A stretch of 64,000 nt of DNA from Amoebidium appalachense (taxonomy: Eukaryota; Protista; Ichthyosporea), in the NCBI GenBank assembly GCA_963693365.1, contig CAVNZM010000016.1, positions 2,033,984 to 2,097,983 of the forward strand, read 5' to 3'. Shown here piece by piece: positions 1 to 9,118 of the stretch. The notes beneath the pieces were generated by a model. That model searched no databases, had not been told where the DNA came from, and saw nothing but the letters and a program-made list of their open reading frames with translations. The stretch's first letter is position 1, and each line of letters starts with the position of its first letter. The position numbers were made by a program, and so were the translations under genes.

Positions 1-2
1 GG

Positions 3-410
3 GCATACTCCAAGTACGAACCCAAACCCGACCCTGGCAAAACCGACAGTACCCCTGCAGTCAAACGGACACAGTGGTATGCTTTCGACCAAGTGGGGGA
101 CCACAGCACGGACAACACGTTTAACGACTGGCAAGACCCGGTGAACTATGGGTACACGTCAGCCAGTCAGTGCATTAACCGATGCCAATCTACGAGTGGA
201 TGCGAACAGGTGGGCTTTTCGCCATGGCAGGATATGGACGGGAAGCGGCCAAAAGGCTATTGCTACATGAGAAAAGCCGTCAACAAATGGCCGTTGGATG
301 CGTGGTCAAACAAGTCCGGTGTGGCTGCCTGGGACTCGCAGGTCACGTATGTGATGGCCGCAAAAGTGCCGGAGAGCGAGAAGCAACATGGCAAGCTGGT
401 TGAGTTCTAG
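3..410 (+). CDS. C-terminal part of a protein with a PAN/apple-like Cys module (5' end outside window)
   Basis: Frame is open from base 3. The pattern SQCINRCQSTSGCEQVGF...YCYMRK fits the PAN/apple C-x3-C-x5-C...C layout. Confidence 0.5.
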   Translation, partial: AYSKYEPKPDPGKTDSTPAVKRTQWYAFDQVGDHSTDNTFNDWQDPVNYGYTSASQCINRCQSTSGCEQVGFSPWQDMDGKRPKGYCYMRKAVNKWPLDAWSNKSGVAAWDSQVTYVMAAKVPESEKQHGKLVEF

Positions 411-594
411 CATGAATCAGATGAACCAATCAAATAAAGGCTGGCATTTCCATTGCCCTCTGGTTTGGTTGCACGCTGCTACAAAGATATTTGGCAACCT
501 TGTTTTTCTATGTCGTATATATGGCCAATTTGATATTTGATCTTGTTTGATCTTGTGTCTAGAGCTGTCTTCTTTTTTATTGTGCCCCAATGTA

Positions 595-1953
595 ATGTCG
601 CATGCGCGCTCCCGCATCCTTGACGACATGGCGTCCCACATCGACTTCTCGGCGGCAGTGGCGCGCCGGGCAGCGTTCCCGCACGGGCCGGCCCTGCCCT
701 CGGCCCCCCGCAGCGTGTCGGTGCCGAGCGAGGCGCCCCCGCGTGTCGAGCCCCCGCAGCCGCCGCAGGGCCAGTGGCGCTACCACTTCGTGACGGGCGG
801 GTCCGTGTGCCGGCCGCTGCAGGTGGAATTTCCGGCCACCCAGTCCGTGCACGGCATCCGTGTCGAGGGCTTCAAGGCGCACAGCGTGTACGACGTGTGC
901 GAGGGCGCCAACAGGCTGACGCTGTCGCTGTCGTACCTGGACTCGCCCGACGGCCGGCCCCCAGGCATGTGGGTGAAGGCGTCCACCGACGTGTACCTGC
1001 CTGTGGGCAACTACACCCTGGACACCCTGTGCGCCGAACTCGAGATGCGTCTGGACGCCGCCATCGCCGCATGCTTCAACCCCAGCTACAGCCCCGAGGA
1101 GGTGGCGGACATTTTGGAGATGTACCCGGACACGCTGCCCTACTACGCCAGCGTCACACACACGGAGCGGTTGCGCCGGGACGCCGAGCGCAACGGCGAG
1201 GCGTGGACCAGGCACCAGGACTTTGTGTGCAAGACGCGGTGGGCGCCACGCCGGCAGGGCCCGCGCGACGAGATCGCATTCGAGGCGCTGATGCTCGCAC
1301 AGCTGTACTACAGGGAGAACGCATGGGCGTGGCGTGAGCTGGCCAACGAGCGTGACACCCACGGGCGCATCCAGTGGCCGTTCCACAACACGCTGTACAA
1401 CCTCATGACGCCCTCGAAGCTCGCGCTGCCCGGGCGCCTGGTCATCAGCATCCACCACCGCAAGAACATGGACCCGGACACGATGAAGCACTGGCTGCCG
1501 TATGCGTCGGTGCCGACGTTCTCGCTTGACGTGTGCCGGGGGCTCGGGAGCGTGCTGGGAATGGCGGCCGGCGCGCACGTCAGCCACAGCCTGACAGCGG
1601 GGCTGCCACCGCTGGCCCGCTACTTCGACGGGCGAGACCATGCGGCCGTGGAGGAGGGCGACCAGCAGCTGCCGTGCCAGGGCGACAACATCCAGTGCGT
1701 GTTTGGGACGGATGCACCCCTGGGCCCGCGGGGGGCGCTCATGGTGCACGTCATGCAGGGCGAGACGAACCTGCAGGGGCGCATCATGGCGCCGGGCGTG
1801 CAGGGGGCGGCGGGCGGGGCGGTGGACGACATGCTGGCGAGCCCGCAGATCTTGGGGACGCTGGACCACGTCGACACACTGCGGCTGGTGGTGGTGGACG
1901 AGACCGGGACAAGGGTGACTGGCTGTTTCTCGGCGCTGGTCGCGGTTAAATAA
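595..1953 (+). CDS. Putative minor capsid (penton-like, single jelly-roll) protein
   Basis: SVYDVCEGANRL, VYLPVGNYTLDTLCAEL and the C-terminal LDHVDTLRLVVVDETG...FSALVAV resemble the YNI..NN, IP.GNY...L...L and L.I.L.D..G motifs of Polinton/virophage/NCLDV minor capsids. Strong GC3 codon bias; ATG at 595. Confidence 0.6.
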   Translation: MSHARSRILDDMASHIDFSAAVARRAAFPHGPALPSAPRSVSVPSEAPPRVEPPQPPQGQWRYHFVTGGSVCRPLQVEFPATQSVHGIRVEGFKAHSVYDVCEGANRLTLSLSYLDSPDGRPPGMWVKASTDVYLPVGNYTLDTLCAELEMRLDAAIAACFNPSYSPEEVADILEMYPDTLPYYASVTHTERLRRDAERNGEAWTRHQDFVCKTRWAPRRQGPRDEIAFEALMLAQLYYRENAWAWRELANERDTHGRIQWPFHNTLYNLMTPSKLALPGRLVISIHHRKNMDPDTMKHWLPYASVPTFSLDVCRGLGSVLGMAAGAHVSHSLTAGLPPLARYFDGRDHAAVEEGDQQLPCQGDNIQCVFGTDAPLGPRGALMVHVMQGETNLQGRIMAPGVQGAAGGAVDDMLASPQILGTLDHVDTLRLVVVDETGTRVTGCFSALVAVK

Positions 1954-2139
1954 GGCAAAGTATCGCGAAAGTGCAAAAACAACGCCTGCTCCCCCAATAT
2001 TGGCAAACATCAAGTGCAGGACAGATCATGGTCTTCTCCCTTAATGTGAGAGAACACCCTCATGAAGTACAGGGCAGATCACGAGTTGTGGATGGGGCTC
2101 AGGGGGCATAAAAGGCAACACATCCCCCCCACCCTCACA

Positions 2140-2739
2140 ATGCGTGTGGCCGCCATCGACGTCGGCTTCCTGAACCTGGTGGTGTGCGTGCTCAGCACCA
2201 CCGACGACCCGCGCACCCCCTTCATCATCCACACGTGGGACCGCTGGCTCGTGGGCAACCCGGACACCACGGCCACGGTGCTGGTGGAGCTGCTGCTGCG
2301 CCGGCTGCACGAGGACCGCGCGCTGTTCGCGGACGTCGACATGGTCGTCATCGAGCGCCAGATGGTCACCAAGCTGAGCGTGCTGGCGCACGCCCTGCAG
2401 GCGTACTTCCTCACCCTCAGATTGACCAATGGCCACGGGCCCGGCGTGGTGCTGCAGCACGGCACGCGCAAGAACCAGTGCGGGGCGTGGCTCGCCCGCC
2501 ACGGAATGGCCCCCGCGGAGACGGGCAAGGCGGCATATGCGGTGTACAAGCGGCGTGCGGTGGTCGACACGCTGCAGGCGCTGAAGTTGCAGAGTGAGCA
2601 GGGGTGGCGGGACAAGTTTGGGCGGGAGGGCAAGAAGGACGACATGGCGGATGCGCTGCTGCACGGTCTGTGGTACCTGTTCTGTCGGAATCAGAAGGGG
2701 GGGGTCACGCTGAAAGCAGGCAGACAGTGTTCAAAATAA
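2140..2739 (+). CDS. Holliday junction resolvase, poxvirus A22/RuvC/Ydc2 family
   Basis: AAIDVGFLNL, VVIERQM and KKDDMADALL motifs with all catalytic acidic residues. CATAAAAGG about 30 bp upstream of the ATG at 2140. Confidence 0.88.
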   Translation: MRVAAIDVGFLNLVVCVLSTTDDPRTPFIIHTWDRWLVGNPDTTATVLVELLLRRLHEDRALFADVDMVVIERQMVTKLSVLAHALQAYFLTLRLTNGHGPGVVLQHGTRKNQCGAWLARHGMAPAETGKAAYAVYKRRAVVDTLQALKLQSEQGWRDKFGREGKKDDMADALLHGLWYLFCRNQKGGVTLKAGRQCSK

Positions 2740-2758
2740 AGTTGGCAATCGCCCCTGC

Positions 2759-4276
2759 TCATGCGAGCACACTTGCATTCGGAGTTGTCGCTGCTGCTTT
2801 CGCGATGTCTTCCACAAGCCGCTCTCCATCCCTGCGCCTCGGCAGTCCTGCGGCTTCAAGCTCGGCATCGGTCAACACGACCGTTTTCTTGGTTATTACC
2901 TCTCTTATTACCTGTGTGTACCGTGGGTCATCAAGATTCGGCTGCACCACATTTATCTCTCCTCCATGCATCTTAGCCCAGTAGAGTTCGGTCAGTTGCT
3001 TCCCGTACAGGGACAGCACGGCCCCGATTTTGTAGACTGCCCGGAATCCTCTGTCCACCTTCTCAAGCTTTGTCGTTATATGATTGCAGACCCGTTCCCC
3101 AATGGTGTTTCCATTGCCCGGTTGGGAACCCCAGTCGAAGCTTGACGTGCGCAGGAGTATGTAGACCATCAACCAGGAGGCACATGCCGAGTCGTGTATT
3201 TCGTTTCTATCGACAAGTTCCTCATACAAAACCCTCCTAAAACTTGTCTGAAGGCTCTTACATACAGATTCGTGTTGGTAGGTGCGCAGAACTTTCGAGC
3301 TTCCAGTGTAACCGGCCCCCTCAAGGAACATACAGAGGGCGTCAGCGATTAGCCCTGCCGGGGCAGACATGTTAAAGCACTCGACCACCTTGACTTGCGA
3401 ATCGATAATGACAACAGAAGCATGCTCTGGGCTCGACACATGCATTATATAGTAGCGCTCACGTTCTTGGCTTTTCAGCCATGAAGAGAGGTTCGACACG
3501 AATGCTTTCGGGCATCTGAAACCCCACTTTCCTGCTGACACCTTCCAAGTGGACATTTTACCATTGTCCGTCACAACACTGAGTGCTGGTGTGGACTTGG
3601 GGACAGCATCACTATTATGCTCTATTTTGAGGGATGTGCCAGGGGAAAAACGAACAGATTTTGGCAGATAGGTTTGCAGCAGTACGAAGGTGTTGTCCCG
3701 AGACCTGGCGCCACACCCTGCCACAGCCGGTGAGGCTTCAACGGAGCCAACCCCAATCAGCTCGGTCAGTGACTTCTGAAGATCAACGAGACCGTTGTAC
3801 CAGTCAAATAGAAGTGGCCACGTTTTTTGTATGTCCTCCATCATGTCCGAGGGCGTAGGTCTTCCAGGGACAATAGCCTGTTTGTACTTTTCGGCCACGT
3901 AGGGAGCACACTTCACCACAATCGACCCGAAACGGTGCTTCCGCTGGTCCACGAGAAACCGGCTTTTTGAATCATACCTTACAGCAAACTTGTATTCCGT
4001 ACCAGCTGTTTGACGCATACAAATAAACAACAATCTGTAGCCACCCAGCCCTGCTTCAAAAACCAGAGATGTAACACAGGTCAGACAGACTGGTTCGACA
4101 TCATTTTGAGTGCTCCACAAGTTGATGGAGAGACAGACGTCCCCCATAGCCCACTTGTATGTCTGGGTGTTGCGGGGTTTCAGATGTGCGTCTTCCAACT
4201 TGAAATGTTGGGTATTGCGTTTGACAAACTTGAAGAAGCAGTAGGGCTTTACCGACAATGTCTGTGTTGAAGCCAT
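2759..4276 (-). CDS. Hypothetical 505-aa protein with a putative cysteine-protease-like C-terminal domain
   Basis: Long ORF. HASVVIID...VECFN, SLQ and DSACASW give the His-acid/Asn-Gln-Cys order of Ulp1/adenain-like viral proteases. Confidence 0.5.
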   Translation of the reverse strand: MASTQTLSVKPYCFFKFVKRNTQHFKLEDAHLKPRNTQTYKWAMGDVCLSINLWSTQNDVEPVCLTCVTSLVFEAGLGGYRLLFICMRQTAGTEYKFAVRYDSKSRFLVDQRKHRFGSIVVKCAPYVAEKYKQAIVPGRPTPSDMMEDIQKTWPLLFDWYNGLVDLQKSLTELIGVGSVEASPAVAGCGARSRDNTFVLLQTYLPKSVRFSPGTSLKIEHNSDAVPKSTPALSVVTDNGKMSTWKVSAGKWGFRCPKAFVSNLSSWLKSQERERYYIMHVSSPEHASVVIIDSQVKVVECFNMSAPAGLIADALCMFLEGAGYTGSSKVLRTYQHESVCKSLQTSFRRVLYEELVDRNEIHDSACASWLMVYILLRTSSFDWGSQPGNGNTIGERVCNHITTKLEKVDRGFRAVYKIGAVLSLYGKQLTELYWAKMHGGEINVVQPNLDDPRYTQVIREVITKKTVVLTDAELEAAGLPRRRDGERLVEDIAKAAATTPNASVLA

Positions 4277-4397
4277 CTACACAACAGCCGAATTTTTCGA
4301 CATATGGGTGGTTCCCTGGGACAGTTTCGGATGGGTTCCCGCGCGGGGTGGGGGGGGGGGATTGCGTCCATTCTGTGACCGATATATGCAAAAGAGT

Positions 4398-4808
4398 TTA
4401 TATCCCTGCTGCACCGATGCCAGCAGGCTTGACGCAGCAGAAGTCCGGCGCGCACGGCATCGACGTGGCCCTGCGCCGCTTGCACCGCAGCACCCCGCCG
4501 GTCTTGGGGTCCGGTCGGTAGAGGTTGCAGCCCACAAACTGGTTGCACGGCACGAGCGACGGATGCTGCGGCACCACCGTGCGGCACAGCCACCCGCACC
4601 CCACCCCCGGCACCGGCACCTGCGAGCACACGGGCGCTGCGGTGGCCGTCTGCGCAACGAGCCGTGTGCATCTGGATAGTTGGGTGAGGGTGGGCGTCGG
4701 GGTGGTTGGCGCCGGCGTCGGGGGGGCCGTCACGGTCACGTAGCTGGCGGCGGCGGCGGCGGCGGCTTGTGCAAGTAGGGCAACGAGCACGTACATTACC
4801 GTGTGCAT
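4398..4808 (-). CDS. Small secreted Cys-rich protein
   Basis: Hydrophobic signal-like N-terminus, Pro/Thr stalk and multiple Cys; GC3-biased codons. Confidence 0.5.
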   Translation of the reverse strand: MHTVMYVLVALLAQAAAAAAASYVTVTAPPTPAPTTPTPTLTQLSRCTRLVAQTATAAPVCSQVPVPGVGCGWLCRTVVPQHPSLVPCNQFVGCNLYRPDPKTGGVLRCKRRRATSMPCAPDFCCVKPAGIGAAGI

Positions 4809-4868
4809 GGATAATAGTTGTGGGCGCAGGGGTGTTCTTCAGGATAGGTTGATTGAAATGTCTTGGGG

Positions 4869-6524
4869 CTACTGCGCTTGCTCCTGGCTGGCTTTCTTGA
4901 ACACACTGATGACGAGGTCCCTTGTCAAGTCGTCTTCCATGTGCTCCCTCGCCATCTCCAGCATGGCCACTGCAAAGGTCACAAAGTCCACACGGAACAG
5001 CTCGCGCTCAACGTTCTTGTGTTTCAGCGCGGTGTGCAGACACTTCTCTGCAAGCGCCAGCTGCTCGGACGGCACGGGAAGCGCAAAGAGCAGGCGCTTG
5101 TTGGGGCCCACGTGCCACGTACCGGCCTGCTTCATGCGGCCCTTCACGTCCTTCAGACTCTGGCCGATCTTCAGACAGGGGGGGTCGCCATACTCGGACA
5201 CAAACACGTAGATGCCGGACTGCTGCTTGGTGCACACGTGGTTGGTAACCCGGCGCAGCTCATCACTGGCATCCTCGAATTCCGATGGAATGTGGTCCGG
5301 CTTGAGATTGTCTGTGGTCTGAAGTTCCAGCAGCCGACACTGCACCTCGAGTTTCAGGCGCTCCTCCCGTATCACACTTGCCCGCTTGTCACACAGAGCT
5401 CCTTCCTCGCGCATCATCATGATCTCCGTGTACTGAGCAGATTCGGCGATGCGCGCCTCCTTGTACAGACTCAGTGCAGTTTCCATCTCGGCCTGGTTGG
5501 TCATGAACTGGGTGATGTCTCCGAGCTTCAGTCTCTTGGGCTCCCTCTCGGGGGTGCCGGCGGCATCCATTTCTGCTCGCACACTGTCACGCATGAAAGC
5601 GTTGGGTCCTGACGGGTTGGCAGCTGCCGTGGCACGGTTGCGCTCGATGTCTTCGACCAAGGTCTCGTCCCCACCTTCCAGGCGCGCTATGTCTCGGGCC
5701 CACTTGTCGATGATCGCGGAACCATAGCGGGACCCCGATGCGATCTTGAAGGTCAACTTGACCAATGAAGTTGCAGGAACACCAGGAGAGGCTTTTCCCC
5801 CAGTACCAAAGTGGCAATCACTCATTTTGAGTGAGTGTTTGAGTGATTGGTCTTCAAAGATACGACGCAGATAGTTACCTGCTGCATTCCTGTCCAAACC
5901 ACGCACCAGCATTGTGTAGTCCACGAGACTCGCCATCTTCACACCATCAACCTCACACACTCGGATGGCGTGGTCACCTATGCAAATTGTGTCGCCTTTT
6001 TTAGCGGCGACCTCGTTTCCGGTCAAGACAAGATCGGTGTGTTCGAGATCCATGCTTTGCGAGACTGAGGTATTGTGGTGTGTGTTGGATTCTTTTATAC
6101 TCTTGGTCTGACTGTCAGGACTCGCATTCACTTCGTTGGACATCAGTCGCTTGATAAAATTGATACTGCTCATCCGAGCATGATGAGCGCGCTTGCCAGG
6201 GAGCAGGTAGATGATCTCGAGGAGGGTGCGGAAGGGGGCAACCGGGGTCACATTTCCCTTTCCGTTTATCTTCAGGTCTACAACACCCTGCAAAACCTCG
6301 GTTCTGAACCCGTTACCACCAGTAACGGGTTCACCCGGAGACCTCCGCATGTCAAACCACGCCTTCCTGGCAGTGGTGGAACTGCCCACGACCAATTCAA
6401 TCACATCGAGGACGCTCGCCATCTTGCTGGCTTTGTCGACGCGGACCGTTGCATCCTTGAACTGGGGGAACTCCTTCCACAGAAGCGACATGTCCACCTT
6501 TGAGTTGCTCTGTCCGGTAGCCAT
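4869..6524 (-). CDS. Tandem KilA-N/Bro-like DNA-binding domains fused to a T5orf172 (MUG113, GIY-YIG-like) domain
   Basis: Two related N-terminal segments (VRVDKASKMASVLDVI and IRVCEVDGVKMASLVDY). C-terminal GIYVF...LKIGQS..VKGRMKQ...AEKCLH.ALK...RELF is typical of T5orf172. Confidence 0.75.
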   Translation of the reverse strand: MATGQSNSKVDMSLLWKEFPQFKDATVRVDKASKMASVLDVIELVVGSSTTARKAWFDMRRSPGEPVTGGNGFRTEVLQGVVDLKINGKGNVTPVAPFRTLLEIIYLLPGKRAHHARMSSINFIKRLMSNEVNASPDSQTKSIKESNTHHNTSVSQSMDLEHTDLVLTGNEVAAKKGDTICIGDHAIRVCEVDGVKMASLVDYTMLVRGLDRNAAGNYLRRIFEDQSLKHSLKMSDCHFGTGGKASPGVPATSLVKLTFKIASGSRYGSAIIDKWARDIARLEGGDETLVEDIERNRATAAANPSGPNAFMRDSVRAEMDAAGTPEREPKRLKLGDITQFMTNQAEMETALSLYKEARIAESAQYTEIMMMREEGALCDKRASVIREERLKLEVQCRLLELQTTDNLKPDHIPSEFEDASDELRRVTNHVCTKQQSGIYVFVSEYGDPPCLKIGQSLKDVKGRMKQAGTWHVGPNKRLLFALPVPSEQLALAEKCLHTALKHKNVERELFRVDFVTFAVAMLEMAREHMEDDLTRDLVISVFKKASQEQAQ

Positions 6525-6558
6525 CCTGTGTCAGACTGACCCCAGGTGGCCGTGTGTG

Positions 6559-6575
6559 CTCCTTTTATACCTGCG
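6559..6575 (-). promoter_or_regulatory. TATA box (GGTATAAAAGG) upstream of ORF 4869-6524
   Basis: Reverse complement of ccttttatacc, about 40 bp before the ATG. The same motif occurs at about 8769 (-) and 9058 (+). Confidence 0.55.
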
Positions 6576-7348
6576 CGTGGCACCCTCAGTCGTGCTGAGG
6601 GCAGGTTGGTGCTTATCCATTGAAATGTCAAGCTGCGTGCCGCGGGTGACAATTTTGAATGGGTTCCTGCGCGGGGCTGGGGGGGGCTGGGGGGGGGCTG
6701 GGGGTGGCTGGGGGGAGCTTGTGAAACTCGTGTGCGCGTGTGCGTTGTGTGCCTCGTGTGCCTCGCAGGCCTCGCGCGCGCGTGGGTGTGCGTGTGTGTT
6801 GTGTGCGCGTGTGCGTTGTGTGCCTCGCGCGCTTGCATCCAGTGCAAAGTCCATTATTTGTTTACTTTATTACTCAGGCAGAACAACCCGGTTTGCCACG
6901 CGGTATGCTTGCAAGAGGTTGTCGATGGTGCCTGGTGGGGTAGGGCCGACCCCAGAATACAAAAGGTCCAACGTAAAAATTTTCAGTTTGAGTTCCGGTG
7001 CAAGGGAAGACCACTGCATCGTGCAATCAACATACACAGCGGTTTACAGGCGTGTCAGGAACGAGCAGACTGTGTACGAGCTGGCATGTCCGAGGATTTT
7101 GGTTTGGGACCTGCTTGCTCTCCGACATTTCATTGGCTGCTGAAACTGTGCACTGGCATTGTATGACCGCGCCGCGATCTGATTGGACCATTAAAATGGG
7201 GCATCCATCGACTGCTCATGGTGGCGCTCGCGGGCTCGCGGGCAGGTGCCCGTGTGCCGGTGTGCCCGTGTGCACGTGTGCCCGCGTGCCTCGCGCGCTG
7301 GGTGGGTGTGTGTGTCGTGTTCGCGTGTGCCTTATGTGACTTGTGTCC

Positions 7349-7713
7349 TGTCATCTTGACATCTTGGTGTATCCGGTTCTGGGCCTAGGTTTTCCATGTC
7401 ATAATTGTGTGCACTGGATCTGGGTGATCGTGTAAGGGTCTGATTCGCTTATTGTCATCTTGACATCTTGGTGTATCCGGTTCTGGGCCTAGGTTTTCCA
7501 TGTCATAAAGGTATGACTCGCTTATTCATCTTGATCACACCAATTCAAAGCATCATGCCAATGCCGGGCACAGCCTATGTTCGCATACGCGTTTCGACCC
7601 TTTCACTTTTTTCCTAATCATTAACATTTATCATTCTAGCACACTGAATACATTCAATTCCATGCACATCTTGGTGTATTCGGTTCTTGGGCCTATTAGG
7701 TTTTCCATGTCAT
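7349..7713. repeat. Three dispersed copies of a ~55-bp motif (catcttggtgtatccggttctgggcctaggttttccatgtcata)
   Basis: Copies begin near 7349, 7453 and 7666; the third is degenerate. Confidence 0.8.
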
Positions 7714-7884
7714 AGTTGTGTGGACACAATGTCTTTGATGTAGCAACTCCTGGAAAAACACACATACGCTTCCAAAACAATCCAGAATACTATTCTGCCT
7801 GTTAGGGACACAGAAATCGCTGGTGTGATCCTGTTTGGGGAGGTCCTAGAGCTGGTTGTGTTTATTTATTTGGGGTCTGCAGAT

Positions 7885-8613
7885 ATGAACCGGCCGGTGG
7901 AAAAGAGGGTGCTGTCCAACCCCGAGGAACTGCAAGCCTTTGTCAACGACCCAACGTGGTTTCATCCCGCCGCGCTCGTTGCGGGTGGGGTCGAGACCCG
8001 AGCACTGGGTGTAGTCCGCATCGTCTACCCAGAGCCGCCCGACTTTGCGGACGAATTCGGCACCATTCGCAGGGGCAGGAGGTCGGTGCTGACTGCCCCA
8101 CTCAGGTTTGTGTGCAAGCACACGGACTTCTCCGATTCCTGGTATGACCCTCCGCGGGTGACGGCCGACGGCCGCGCAACGGGCTTCTGGGGGTTTGTTA
8201 TTGATGCGGGGGGTGACTGGGTTGATGACAAGCTGCTCATGGTGACGTACAGCGCTGCACTGAATGTCTTTCAGTGGATGGTGGTCTTTAACCATCCGCC
8301 GGATTGGGTAGAAGTCATGCCCTACTACACAGAGACCCCCACCTTGATCTTTGAGCGCCCGCTCCCCGGTGTCCCCACACTCGCACAGACAGTGTCCGTT
8401 GGGCTCATCCGAAACATGGCAGCCGAGCCCCATGTGCACAGCCGCTTCGGGATCCACAGAGGCTTATCGGCCGGGCTGGAGCAGTTGCTGTCCCATGAGG
8501 CCATCCAGACCATGCTAGGCTTCGGCAACACGCTCTACGGGCTGCTCGGCATCACCCCCGAGGGGGCTGCGTACATGGGCACCACCGACTGGCCCATCGA
8601 CTACAGCGAGTGA
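7885..8613 (+). CDS. Hypothetical protein (~242 aa)
   Basis: Open frame with normal complexity and coding-like codon usage; no family recognised. Confidence 0.6.
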   Translation: MNRPVEKRVLSNPEELQAFVNDPTWFHPAALVAGGVETRALGVVRIVYPEPPDFADEFGTIRRGRRSVLTAPLRFVCKHTDFSDSWYDPPRVTADGRATGFWGFVIDAGGDWVDDKLLMVTYSAALNVFQWMVVFNHPPDWVEVMPYYTETPTLIFERPLPGVPTLAQTVSVGLIRNMAAEPHVHSRFGIHRGLSAGLEQLLSHEAIQTMLGFGNTLYGLLGITPEGAAYMGTTDWPIDYSE

Positions 8614-9056
8614 GGCCCTGCGCGTGGGGGGCTGTGGGGGGCTGGGGGTGGGTGGGGGCGCGGGTGCCTTGTGAGCGCGTGAGCGCGTGTGCCTCGCGCG
8701 CGGATAAATTGGCTATTCACGCGCTTGTGCGCGCGCACGGGGCCTGGGGGCCTGGGGGTTCGTGTGCCCCTTTTATACCTGCACACCGCTTGACGTTGCC
8801 CATTGACAATCACACCTCGCACCGACCTGGTCAGTGCGGCGTGGGTGGCTGGGGGGGGCTGGGGGGGGCTGGGCGGGGCTGCCGTGGCTGGGGGTGGCTG
8901 GGGCGCGGGTGCCTCGCATGCCTCGCGCGCCTCGCATGCCTCGCGTGCGCGTGGGTTCCGGCGGTTCGTTTATTGGTTCCTTGTGTGCCCCCCACAGCCA
9001 CCCCCAGCCACCCAGGGCCCCCCCGGGGGGGGGGGGGGGGGGGGGGGAGGGGCAAA

Positions 9057-9070
9057 AGGTATAAAAGGGG
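9057..9070 (+). promoter_or_regulatory. TATA box (GGTATAAAAGG) upstream of the helicase gene
   Basis: aggtataaaagggg lies about 55 bp before the ATG at 9119. Confidence 0.55.
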
Positions 9071-9118
9071 ATGCACAGAGCAGACAGCCATCAAATATTA
9101 TCTAGTACCATAGTAATC

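Noticed and set aside
577-2664. Long antisense ORFs (577-2013 and 2041-2664, minus)
   Set aside because: Shadow frames of GC3-rich sense genes; no motifs of their own.
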